Source of the DNA: Trypanosoma brucei
Lineage: Eukaryota
DNA length: 64,000 nucleotides
Reading direction: 5' to 3'
NCBI GenBank assembly: GCA_000002445.1
Contig: CP000069.1
Location: 1,056,001-1,120,000 of the forward strand
Positions 30,821 to 43,400 of this stretch are shown here, one piece after another. Made by a program: the position numbers and the translations under genes. The notes beneath the pieces are model-generated. The model made no database searches. It saw nothing but the letters and a program-made list of their open reading frames with translations, and was not told the origin of the DNA. Position 1 is the first letter of the stretch. Each line of letters starts with the position of its first letter.

Positions 30821-31818
30821 GACTCAAAAATATGGTCAATTTATGAATGACTCATGGTAGCGACAGAAGGTGTAGTGTGAAGAAAGCCAAGTGTCTCACA
30901 CACAATATGCCGAGGGAGACATTTAAACGAAAAAGTGACCGTACAGTAAATATTTTATCTTCTCTTCACCCCCCCCCCGCCATTTGCGTGTTTGCTTTTC
31001 TTTTTCCACGTACAAATTTGTAAGCGGCACATTTTTTTTAAAAAAATGGACAATTAATGTGGCTTGGAGACATGGCCCACACACACCTTTGCATTATTTT
31101 TTTTTGTTTCATTTCTTCCTCCGACTTGTCCATCTTCACACCTCCTATCCGGACTCAATTTCTCTTTATTCATTTTTCTAGGGGCCCTCCCACATTGTCC
31201 TCCACGTAAAAATATAAAGCCAGAGCACAAACAAAAAAATTCAAATGGTGCCACCACAAAATGATTGTTTCCCTTACAACGGCAAAAGCGTCAAAAAAAA
31301 TCAATGAAAAAGTAAAAGGGAAGGAGTAGACTTCACAAGCACTTCATTTCGCTCCCCTCTCGCTCATTCTAACTTCAAACGGTACCTTCATCCTTCTTTC
31401 ACACACACCTTTGCACGTCCCTTCTGTTCCGACCACAATAATACGCTCCGTAAAAACGTATTTAATTCCCCCTCTTTTCTCTATTCATGTCTTTCCGACC
31501 GCATCTAAGCTCAAATGACAATTAATTCACCCATCCTTCCTAACGAAAGAAACAATATTATTAATATCAATAAGAAGAGTCACACACACTCACACAACCA
31601 AAGTGTCCCCATTATCGGTTACGCTTTTGCAATGCAATCGCTCAACCAGAGGAACCAAAAGAGGGAAGGTAGTGGCAGTGACATCAATGTTATATATGAC
31701 ATGGAGATAAACGTAAACATATATGAATATCATATGTGAGTGAGGCATGAGCGTGTCTATTGAAGTCTTCCCCCAGGAAATTATTTGCTTTCAGCGCCTT
31801 ACAGACATCAGCTTCCAA

Positions 31819-32370
31819 TTACGGGGCACAAGTGCTAAGTATCCATGCCACGCCTTCCTCCAGTCCTGCTCCCGTTTTGGCGCTACAGCCTTGGATGTGC
31901 CACTTGCGGTCTCGGAAGTCATGCAAATGAAGGCATTCTGCGATCGCCTGAGCATCTTTTGCGGTTGCAAGATCTTGTTTATTCGCAAACACCAAAACCG
32001 GAGCACCTTCAATGCCCTTTAGAACATCCACAAATGCAGCGTGAGATTCTTCGAGTCGGCGGTGGTCAGAAGAATCCACCACGTACATAATGCAGTCCGT
32101 GTTGCTGTAGTAATCCTGCCAATAGTCTCGCAGCGCCCGCTGGCCACCGAGATCACATAACTTAGCCCGTTTATTCCCACGTGTGAGTGTTTTGATATTA
32201 AACCCTTGCGTTGGTCCCTCAGGTGCGGCGTGGGAAACTTTTCCCTCCACAGGCACCTCGTCTTCTCCCAATGCATTCAGTACGGTAGTCTTTCCAGCGT
32301 TGTCAAGTCCCACTATCAGTACACGCGGCTCATTATCACGTTTCGCACGGCTACGGATCCCCTTAAGCAT
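31819..32370 (-). CDS. ADP-ribosylation-factor-like GTPase (ARL2/ARL3 subfamily)
   Basis: G1 LIVGLDNAGKTTVLNAL, PTQGFNIKTL, G3 DLGGQRALRDYWQDYY, G4 FANKQDL, and HIQGCSAKTGAGLEEGVAWIL closely parallel ARL2/ARL3. The ORF as given starts at 32517, but its first 49 codons (CLCACVCVCVCV) are translation of the upstream (CA)n repeat. Start assigned to Met at 32368-32370 (MLKGIRSRAK). Confidence 0.85.
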   Translation of the reverse strand: MLKGIRSRAKRDNEPRVLIVGLDNAGKTTVLNALGEDEVPVEGKVSHAAPEGPTQGFNIKTLTRGNKRAKLCDLGGQRALRDYWQDYYSNTDCIMYVVDSSDHRRLEESHAAFVDVLKGIEGAPVLVFANKQDLATAKDAQAIAECLHLHDFRDRKWHIQGCSAKTGAGLEEGVAWILSTCAP

Positions 32371-32448
32371 TATCAAATAGATTACCCTTATTCCTCTTTC
32401 TTTTTTCTTCTTTTTTATTGTTACCTTGGTGCTCCTCACAGACACAAG

Positions 32449-32476
32449 CACACACACACACACACACACACACGCA
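32449..32476. repeat. (CA)n microsatellite immediately 5' of ARL gene
   Basis: Direct read: cacacacacacacacacacacacgcacaa. Confidence 0.9.
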
Positions 32477-33106
32477 CAAAGACAGAGAGGCACAAACAAA
32501 CAGTAAAACAGATACACAATTAAGCGGGACTACCTTTGAGAATACGATGCCCCCTGTAATGTTCTTTCTCCTTGTTCTCATCATCACATCTGTGAGTCTT
32601 CTTCACGCTGTGCAGAAGAAAGTGTTCGATCTTCACACAGTCAAAAATGCTTCACAAATATTAGTAACTGTAACGTTCGAATAGGAGATCAAACAATAAA
32701 TACAAAAAAATTAAAAAATAAAAGAATGAAACACCAACACACGAAATACGGTAGAGAAGAAAAAAAACATAAAATCAAATTTAAAAAAGACGATAAAACA
32801 CAAAAGTATTTTCCGGAAACCAGAGTAAACAAGTCGACAATTTTTTGCGACCAGTTAAGAGAAAAAGGTCATTATAATGTGATGTGCAGCTTCACTTTCC
32901 AAAAAAAAAAAGATCAGAATGCTGCAAGCATTTCTCCTTCGGATAGAAGCGCTTGTGTTCTGTAATGACACGCAAATGTCGGATGTACTGAATAATAAAG
33001 GAGCCAGTGATGCAAAAATATCCTCACTCCATTTAATATCCTCTTTGTCCTGGCGGGCAAAATCAGGAGGAAATGGAAGTACAATTGTTATAAAGCATTG
33101 AGTTAC

Positions 33107-33937
33107 TCAAGAATTGCTGCTACACGACACACACAGTTTGTTCTTGAGACACGTTGGCAATAACTCAATGCTGGAAAGTGTTTGATCCCTTGCACCGATG
33201 GTATCAGTCAGCCACTGCTCCAACTCAGTGGAACGTCCCACAAGATCTGCTACCTCACGGTCGAGAACGGCTATTTGGCGGGCGTTTTGTGCCCCCAGTT
33301 CCTCCAAATCGCGTTGCTCCAATTCAAGTTGCTCTCTTAGTTGCGCAACTGCGGCAGCGTATTCCTCCTCCTCCTCGCATCTTTCTGTTGGTGGCCCGGG
33401 GACCACAACGGCGGGGTTCAGCGCCCCTGCACCCCGGATCATGCTGGCTTCGAGGGCTTTCTTAACATCCTTCTCGAGTCTCTCTTTCTCGCTGTGAAGT
33501 TTTACGATATCCTCCTTAAGAGCATTAATGCGTATCTGAAGGGAAGTTGCGGCATTATCGCTCTCCCACAATTTTTGTAAGTTATCTAACTCCTGCAAGT
33601 GGCACACCCACTCGGCAACTAGGGTTTCCGATTTACTCACCTGTTTCTGTACATGCTCAGTAAGCAAAGTCTCTTCCACCTCACTTTGACGAATAGTGTC
33701 CGCACCAGACATTAGTTGCAACTGAGCTTGACGCTGCTCTTCCAATAGATGATCGAGTTCCTTTTTCAGTTCAACCTCACGTGCCTCACTCAACACCCGC
33801 TGCTGTTCCAGCTGTTGGTGCTCCTCTGTGACAAACGACAGTCGTGTTTCGGCTTCCTTCCGTTTCATCATCACCACACGCCGGCGAGTTTCGACAGCAT
33901 TGAGATGCTCCATCAGTGAAGCAACAGACGACTCCAT
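33107..33937 (-). CDS. Coiled-coil protein (hypothetical)
   Basis: Start taken at internal Met (MESSVASLMEHLNAVE). Continuous heptad-rich, Glu/Leu/Gln/Arg-rich sequence (EEHQQLEQQRVLSEAREVELKKELDHLLEEQRQAQLQL...). No enzymatic motif. Confidence 0.5.
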   Translation of the reverse strand: MESSVASLMEHLNAVETRRRVVMMKRKEAETRLSFVTEEHQQLEQQRVLSEAREVELKKELDHLLEEQRQAQLQLMSGADTIRQSEVEETLLTEHVQKQVSKSETLVAEWVCHLQELDNLQKLWESDNAATSLQIRINALKEDIVKLHSEKERLEKDVKKALEASMIRGAGALNPAVVVPGPPTERCEEEEEYAAAVAQLREQLELEQRDLEELGAQNARQIAVLDREVADLVGRSTELEQWLTDTIGARDQTLSSIELLPTCLKNKLCVSCSSNS

Positions 33938-34476
33938 AATTACAGTACAGCGAAATATATGTATATGTGTGTTGTTGGTTTCTTTCTGGTATGATATTCT
34001 CCTTCTTCTATAAACTGTTCTTTTTTCGTTCCGTATGTCAACCACGCCCCCCCCTCACAACGTGAAAAAGAAACAAAATAGGGTAGAGGAAACAAAAAAA
34101 AATGAATTATACGACAACGAAGACACTGTTTAGTGTCACACGTTCACTCATTATTACAAAGAGGATGCGAGGAGAAGGAAGAAAGCCACCAGTAAGTCAC
34201 TTCCCACACACACTTATGGAAGCGAAAAATTTTAAAAAACATGTGAGTGGCCACAAGCACCACTATCAAACAAGGAATTAAGGGGATGCGCCCCGTGTAT
34301 GTCTTTTGTACATAAACAGCACCAAACAATAATATTGAGTGCCCACAAAGACACAAACCATTTGCACCACGTGATACCAACAGAAACCAAGCACGAATAA
34401 GAATTTAGACCTACCCGCGGACACAAAAAACTCGGTGGCACATCACAAGAACAAAGAAATGAGGTATTTGTCAGCT

Positions 34477-37400
34477 CTACAACCCCTCCTCGAATACGCC
34501 GCGCTCTTGCTGGATCCACCGAGAAAGAAACACACCATCACACTGCCTTCTGGATGTGTCACCCCGCTGGGGACGAGAAGCGCTTCCCTCCACAGACAAA
34601 TTCGTGCCGTCACTGTTGTTATCATCAGCATCACCGCCCTCCCCACCTGAAGCCGCAGACCCGCACCTTTCAACGCAACCAACGAACATGTGGTAAAGTG
34701 CCCATAGCGGCATGTCACATTGCTCTATAACCCGCGGTAGAAGTTCCTTGCTTATTTTCTTCGCCTCCTCCACGGTGTTATCAGGTTGTGTTACGGGAAC
34801 CGTAACATCGAAGTAACACCCCATCAGCACTCCCCTCACGGTAATAAACACAAGTTGCCGCTCTAGCATGCACTGGGGTGCAAACACATCATCTACCACA
34901 AAAGAGAACTCCACGCCTTTCGCCAAGAGTGCCGTGATCAACGGTATCTCACGCAACTCCTCTTCAAGACATTTGGAAAAGAGATCTTTCGATAGAAGAA
35001 CGTTGGCGTATTTTTTTGACGGGAAAATAGAATCTTCCTCAATGCAAACATCATAAAAGACCCCTGTTGAGATACACACCACGCCCCTCTGCGATATCTC
35101 CACTCTCGTTGGATACGGGCGTGGTGCGAACAAATAACTGTAGCCATCCAACCGCACACTCAAGTGCCCGTTAGCTAAGGAAGCCACATTTACAAGGACT
35201 TGATGTCTTTCATCTTTTCCCTGCAAGCAAACAGCACCAATGCGCACTGTATTGAAATTACCCGTAGCACCAAAACCTTGAGTTGATAAAGTGACTAAGA
35301 CGTCCCCTTCGATTCCATCCAACGTGAAGGTACCCCGTCCTGTCAGCCGACGCTCAACATACTCCAACTGGAGCTCAAGAGAGAAGTACATAGGAATACC
35401 TTCCATCCAGCTCACATCAACACCTTTTTGCAATGACCCAACAAGTTTGTCGCTCAGTGTAACAAGACTTGCAAGCGGCATTTCAGACACTTCCATGGAT
35501 AGCGACTCAAAATTCCGGTTTAGTGCAACACGCTGAAGGCGACAAACAAAACTACCGCAGGCTGGCACCACCAATGTACCACTCAAGTTAACAGTCGGTT
35601 GTAGGAAAGACTGTGGCTGGTGTCCTAGCACGGCGTTAAAGTTAATGCTTAAATCACTGATAAAGGCATCAGGAAAGACATCCCCGATATCATATCGCGC
35701 ACTGGGTGACATTCCCGAGATCAAAATCTGTTCATCAGGGTAACCAATGCTGCCGGCCAACGTCAATTCAATAATGGGTTCCGTCCCCTCACCACTATCA
35801 AATTGCGTGTCATACGATACAAAGTTTATTCTCTTATGCTCCGTTACTGGCAATGCCATTTCCGATGGATCAACATTCGTAGCTTTCATACAAAGCTCAA
35901 TCTCAAACACCATATATCCAATCACCAAACCTCGTAAGCCAAAGTTGATATCATTCCCTGGTAACGTGAACCGAACGGTTGCATTAGGGCTATCCATCGT
36001 TGGCGCAGAAAGAATTATTTCCGTTTTCGTATTTTCCAAAAACTGCAGGGTGTACAGCAGTAGCAGTTTGTCGAAAATGGGACATGGGCAAGTTGCGAGG
36101 GAGGTGCGGCGGATAAAATTCACGCCAGGAAACAGCTGCATTTGGTGGTTGAGGGGTAATGGAGAGCACCCAGGAAACGTCAGTCGGTACCTCGGCGTGA
36201 ACACTAACGTATTGAGTGTAAACGCAATGAGTACCGGTTGACCGGAGAACCCGACATGATAGAGTAGAGGTAGTCTAGGGAAGTGTTCAATGGCCAGCCA
36301 GTTGATTTCCTTGATTTCCACTAATACCATCACCGACGCAACGTGCTCATTTAATGCATTGATTTTTTTTGTAACCAGCAAGTCCGTGTTTCTCTGTACG
36401 TGCAGAGACATGCTCCACAAAATGATTACGAAAGCACGAGCATTATGGAATCCGTAAAAGCTCTCTGCTAGCGTACCACCCTCCACAATCTTTGGATAAA
36501 ACCACGAAACGCTTTCCTTTTCGATGGAAAAATCACGAGACACCAACATTGGATTAGCAATTAACATGTTCAGCTTATCCACGCCACAGGAGTACCTTTC
36601 TGCTACCGCATGCAGTAAATACATGAAATCGTTTCCGGAGCGCCTTTCCGTGGATATGTACTTGTTGTCCGGAAGGTTCTTTGCCTTGGACGCATTCCTA
36701 AACACTTTACTCTGAAACGCAATATATTCTGATTTAAACCGCATGAAGTATTGGGCGATACGCCCATGGTGTTCAATGTCCTCAGGCTCACGGAGGCCAC
36801 TAACAACGCTCCTTGCTTGATCGTAGCCTGCACGGCACTGTTGACAAAATTCGTCTTCATGGCTATAGGCAGCATTTTTCCACGTCTCGTACATGCTGTC
36901 ACTGAGTGGACACCGTAAAAGGGATGATAATTTTGTCCTTGCGCCTTTCTCGAGTGACCAAAACACTTCAAAAAGCTCAAGAAATGACGCTTTGGGGATC
37001 CCCTTGAATCTCACTCGCCAGTATGATGTTGGAGTGTCTACAAAGAAGGACAATGAGTTTCCTTTTGGCGAGAAGGGTCTCTCCGCCACGGGGACGTAAT
37101 CTACTCCATTGTTACTTGTCTCAACAACTATAACCAACACCTCTTCTTCCATCTCTATAGCTTTAACGATCTCCTCCTGTTGAGCAGTTGAAGCCTTACT
37201 GATTTTCTTCCCGGTTTTCTTGGGAGCTCGTGGAGAAGAAGCGGAAGTCACCTCCAATGCTGCTAATTTTTCTAATTCCGCCTCTGCGTCGGGATTGGTT
37301 TCAACACGGCCGTTGACAAACACCTGCTTGAAATGTGGAGATGTATCGCTGTCAAAAAACCATGAAACAGAGGCTTCCGTTTCCATCCCACGCGAACGCA

Positions 37401-40400
37401 ATACAACAGTTTTTGCATTGTTATCAGACAAAAATATCGGCAACCGCACTTCATCGAATTTTTCTACTGCCATTTTCACATCGGGCGCCTTGGAGAAGTC
37501 GTAGCGAACGAATGCTTTACCGATAAAAGAATACCATTCAGCTTGGACATCGCACTCCTTTTTCCAACTTATAAAAGGCCCTGATTTAGAACTGAAACAC
37601 GTTTCCTCCAGATTATCTTCTGCAAGAACGGGTCGAAGCCGCCAGTGCGACGACATTCCTCGTGGTTTCCACCCTTGGCGCACCTTCCGAGAATCTGCAC
37701 TGTCATCGTTCCTCAGCGTAGCAACCGCTTGCCACGAGGAACCGTCAACAGAACGCTTTTCAACTACAAATGAAGAAAGTGGCGGCAACTCCGCCTCAAC
37801 AGCAACTACCTCGGTACAATTTCCCCTCAGGTTCAGGTCCTTTCCACTTGAGCCGGCTGCAATATCTCCCTTTGAGTCCACATGGTGGTAAAGGGTTGGT
37901 TTTGGGGTGTCGAATCGTATGCTACATATTCTTAGCGGCGAAGTTCCCACACGCTGTGTGACCCGAAGTCGCCAATACTGACAACAATCGCTTACATCCC
38001 ATGCTGCCTGCGCTAAGTTACCCCGAAGATTAAACGTTACCCCAACACCTCGCCACTCTACCGCATCGGAGCTACACTCAACCACGAACGCAGTGTAGGG
38101 ACTTTTGTTTTCATGGCATATCATGCAGACACCAACAACTTGCGTGGCGTCTTGCTTGCTGTCAAGAACTATTGACGACCCAACTTCTGCCGGCACAACC
38201 ACGTTTGCCACAGTATCACCGGAGGACCCCACTTCACACAGTACGAAGGGATCCAATAAACAGCTTAGATACAAAGAGTCCTCCAAATAAACGGACGGAC
38301 CCGTATACTCGAAGAAAGTTAAGTTTTCGTATATCGTGCTTTGTTCCCGTGCCTCCAGTTCTACGCTCCAGAATCGACGGGGTCCCCTGGGATGCCATGC
38401 AGCTCTGAAATAGTGGTCATGACTGTGCCACGTGCCGCATACCTCCCACTGTTCACCATTTGAACTGCAGGATATGATCCACATCACAGGTCGCGGTTTT
38501 CCAACACAAATACATGAAAACTCCATGACGTCAGACGGTTCCCTTTCCCCATAGTCTACTATGAGGTGCTGTCTGACAACCTTAGTAGCCCCGCTCTCGT
38601 CGACGGGGTTTTCGAACGCAACTGTGACCTTATCATCAACGAATAGCGAAGACATGGGTCCATTCAATGTACCGCTGCAAGCAACTCTTACCGGCAAAAC
38701 TCTGGAAGAAACCGAAGAAACTGTAAGAAGCAACATATGGAAATACAATACGGGATATTCGTGCCGACTGTCCACCTCCTCACATTCCAAACTGAAACGC
38801 CAGAACCTCCGTGAATGGTGTCCAACCCTCTCACTCCCCCAAATTGTCCGACACCGACTAGTTATTTGATGATGTCTTCCCACCGTTTGCCATAGAACAC
38901 CATCATCGCTGCACTCCACCACCCAGTTATCGTCGCATGGTTCTGAGCTCTGCATAGTCACCCCAACCAACAGCTTTTGGTAATTTTTAAAGTCAAGATT
39001 GATGACACAGTCGTGCCGCCTTATTCCCCATCTCAAATACCACGTAACGGGGAAAAATACTTCTGATTGAGAGACAGGCTTAGCCTCCGTTAGGTTAGTT
39101 ATCCCTTGTGTCTCCACGTCAAGCGCTGCCACAAGGTCCTCACAAAATGTATAAAAACGGGTTGGATATTTCGGGAACGAAGCGGCGCAGAGAATCTTTT
39201 TACCCTCAAAGGCAGGATGACGGAAATAGGTTGAGTTGCTCAACCTCATTGGTCCCTCCACAAGTTCCGATGTTACGATGTTCCAGCGAAGAACATGAGG
39301 GGACTTGATAACAAAGACCTCCTCCGGTTGGCTCCATATCTGGACAATATTCTCCACTTCCTCCATCTTCCATGGCAAATCTTTAAACATCGTCGCAGCG
39401 CTTTGAACACCACCACCCCCAGATGCGAATGCCCCCTTCTCAATGTCCCATAAAATAACATGACTTCCGCTAATGAACGCGACGATGTTGGGGGTCCTCA
39501 CGTTGGGATAAAATGCCGCGTTAACCCCTCTCAGGAATGGTGCAGGCAGTGTATCAAATGCAGGATGGGCTGCTATCGGTACCGCACGATGGCCAACCAC
39601 AACACCATTGGAACAATCTAATTCAACAAAGTGAGGGCCGCAGAACAACAGGCAGAAATCCCCATTTGGAAGAAGAGGAAGTATGCAATGCCGCTCGAAC
39701 CAACCTGCACTTGTCGACGTTGTGAAAACGGCACCAGGTGTCAAACAGTTTAATATATCCCTTGCTGGCGAAAGGAGACAGGGTGCATCGATTGTCACCA
39801 ACGTAGACTCCAATGGCGGTAGTGCAACGGTGGGATCGACAGGTATAGTTCCAACAACGTGCATTACCTCGTACAGAAGAAGACGCACAACGCCCGTGCC
39901 AACAGGCAGTTTGCTGACGAAGCGCACACGCCAAACGCACCCTACATGCGATACGCCCCAACAAACAGGTGTGATTGATGATGTAATAAAGAAATGTGCG
40001 TGTCTTACATACGCGATCCCGTCATCACTACTCTCGAGAAGGACTTCAACGGGCGCGACCTGAAGAACTCGGGGTTCTATGCACGACAGATTCAGTACAA
40101 TCACGAGCGCGCCGAAGGCGCAGGGATTCATAGGATCGTACCGAACCTCGATAGTCTGGGAAGGTTCTCCCAACAAACTCTCCTCAGTTTGTACAAACAC
40201 CGCACTTTCACACAGGAGCGGTGCGACCGTGGTAAAGTTATGGGGTAACACAACTGACAGAAGGTTTTCTGCGCACTCCGCACTCTGAGTAAGAGTACTT
40301 GTAACTGTACACTCCCTGTGAACGCTTCGATGAGCATCACATAAAATAACATCGTGAACACTGCACTCTGTTTCCAGCACCGTTCTACATATACTGCCAA

Positions 40401-43400
40401 GTGCTGTCATCGTATTTTGTCGAAACGCCATCGGCAGTCTCGACAAAACGGAAGAAGGAATGGTCTCAAACCGAACCTCGCACTTCGCGTCAGGGGAGTA
40501 AATGAAGTTTTTTACGGTTGCAACACGTCCACAGCGACCAATAAGCATCACCACCATCTCCTTCTCATGTGTAATGGAGCTCCCCTTTCCGTCACCGTTA
40601 TTGTTGTTTGCACTGATCTTTGCCGTTGTCCCCACCAAACTCTCTTCCCTTGTAGACCTAATACTCCCCATGCTCGCCCAATTATTGTTATTATTATCCT
40701 CTTGCTCTTGGCTCTCTTCCGTTTCACCACTTTTCTCCCACATCAGCATCGTCGCCATTGGGCCGTGAGGAAACACTTTCGACAGTGACGGTCCGAATAT
40801 GGTTTCACCTGCGTTACCCTTCCCATGATCCCCAACTCGCATCGGTCCTCCAACAAGGCACCTTTCCGTGATGTTGAACACAACGTATTCAAGCTGACAG
40901 AAGAAAAACACGAGCGGCGTGTTTGCCACCGGAACAGCGGCATTAATTCCTGAAAGAAACTTTTCTGGTAGCGATCGAAACTGTTTGTGACACCTCAATT
41001 TGAATAAACCACCACTACACCTCTGGCGGTAGCTATCCCACTCCAACCACTCCTCACCACAAAAAAAATATGCAGTTCGTGGGTTGACTGGGGAATTGAA
41101 GGCACAATCAAATCCACCCATAAAAGGAAAACTGTTCAGCCCCAACGTCTTGGACATGGGTTGTAAGGGAATATTCATGGAACGATTCTCCACGTTGAAA
41201 CAACACACGTGGTCTTTGATAAAAAACAGAGCATATTCGGTCAAATTTCCATCCTTTGTGCAAAGACAAATGGAATGCCATGTTTCACCGATGAGTGATG
41301 GCGGAACAACCTCAGGTTCCTGTGCTAACGCCCGTGCAGTAATCCCTTTTTCCATTTGTGCTGACAAGGGAAGCACCAACCGACCTCCGTTGGGTTTAGA
41401 ACGTCCCCCAGACTTCCTTTGCGATTCCGCCTCTTTCCTCATAAAGGACCACATACCCAACAAATCCTCATGAAATGGATCTTGTGTTATGATAGGGGCA
41501 TCTTTCTTGCGGTTCGCCGGCCTGGACACACGCTTAGTCAAACGTTTTTTTTCCACACGATCTACGGGAAGAGACGAAGACAAGGTGAGCATAGTTGTAG
41601 ACTCTGAGAGTAACCCCATAACTTGATTCCACTCAATATCACCGCTGCGTTCCCGGACATGTTCACGAGTCGCCGTCCCACTGCCCATCTGTAGACGTGC
41701 TGGATAGGGTGGAAGATTCACCAAATCATGTAGAAGCCGAGCAACCCATTCCACTGCGTTAGGACCAAGTACCTCGCTCAGGTAAAAGAGAACAAGGGAG
41801 CGAGTACTTTCAGTGAGACAAAGCTGTCGCAGCGTTCGCAGAAGTTTCCATTGACTTTGCGAAATATGGCACTCACCCGTGCGGTATGCAAAGAAAAGTA
41901 ACGCAGGTGGAAACCGAATAGCTTCCGAGAAAACTCTCGAGCCTTCAAGCCCCCCACCGTCGGTTGACAGGCAAATATCGCTCATGTAGTTGAAAGCTTC
42001 ATGGAGCACTTGACAGTTCTCCACTATGCCAATAACTTTCTTCGGAAGGTACCGCGAGGCGTGCAGTGAAATCTTCTCACCGTTGCTCAAAGCAAAGACA
42101 TTGGAATCAACAAAAATACACGCGTCACTGGATACATAGAGGTTAAAAACACTGCGGGGCACGTAAAAGAATCCACGATTCCCCACATTCTCCCCGAAGT
42201 TGCTTTGGCAGATAACATAGATGGTGTTGTGTATGTTTGTCTGCCCAACGACCTTAAGGGTCGTGTGAAATGAACGACCCATGGGCGATTCATTTGGTAT
42301 CACACCGTTCGGCAGTGCGAGCCACTCTACGCAAAAGCGCATGACGATAAGTATTGATCGCCGCATTTTACGAAACGCCCACAAAACAGCCCGTGTGTTG
42401 TCAAACAAGTTCGAGTGAGGGCCATCGACAATAAACAACCCTTGACGACGTCGCGAAAATGCAGCTCGAACCAAAGTCTCCATGTCAGCTACCTTACACC
42501 ACTTTTCCCATAGATAATAAAAGTCTCGTGTGGGTCTTTCTTTTCGACGGTTAAACGGTGCCGATTCCACAGGAAGGCAACCGACCATCAGCGCCACTTC
42601 ACACGCATGCCGCAACTCCATTCCCAAAGAAGTGGGAGGTATCTTAGCTAAGAAACGACCAACCGCATAGATCATATATGGATCAATAGCCACACCCTCG
42701 ATATCCGTCATCGCGCTCGCAACAGTAAGTGCACAACAGGTGTCTTCCCCAGCCGCATCGTCAATGTAGGCAGAAGCGAAGTTGATAATAGAAAAATCGT
42801 CATTTGATAACTGGGTCAACGGAATATCCAGCGAGGATAAAAGACTTATGCCGGTCATACTGTTCGTAACCTGCACACCGCCATAGCTATACAACCCAAA
42901 TCGTACAAGATGCTGCACGCACAGTTGAGAGCAAGGTTTGAACCTTTGGTGTTTTATCATTACTCTTGACAAGTGAAGAAGCGCCGACGGTCGCAGATAA
43001 CAGTCCACCGTTACGTCATCATGGAGTTGAGATAAGAATCTATACGCACCATTGGACAAACATAGAGTGTGATTTCCACATACGCTACACGCATCCGCAT
43101 CGTCATGGTTCTTCCTATGCATCTCCTCAGCGTCACTGCTGTCAGCTGACGAGCTGTCGAAACACCGTGTGGCTCCCGATGAGGCAGACGATAACGGGTT
43201 TACCACTTTCGTACTGCCCTCAGCGTTCAATTTTTCTGAATTTACGCGCTTTCTCTCCAGTCTAGCGACATTGTCTACCAGACAGCGCTGCAACGTTGTA
43301 TTCCGAGGACAAGTGCCCTTAACACCGTGGAGGTGCTCGCTCAACACACTCTCAATCATGATCACGATATCATCGCTCAGTTTATTCTTGCATTCATAAG

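Noticed and set aside
32371-32517. N-terminal extensions of three ORFs (ARL 32371-32517; TPR/MYND 54882-54929; zinc-finger 25288-25434) as real coding sequence
   Set aside because: The extensions translate dinucleotide or telomere-like repeats (CVCVCV, MCVCVLCLCV, RVRVRV) plus low-complexity Cys/Phe sequence. Downstream Met codons give N-termini that align with family consensus (ARL) or look like ordinary acidic, globular protein starts.
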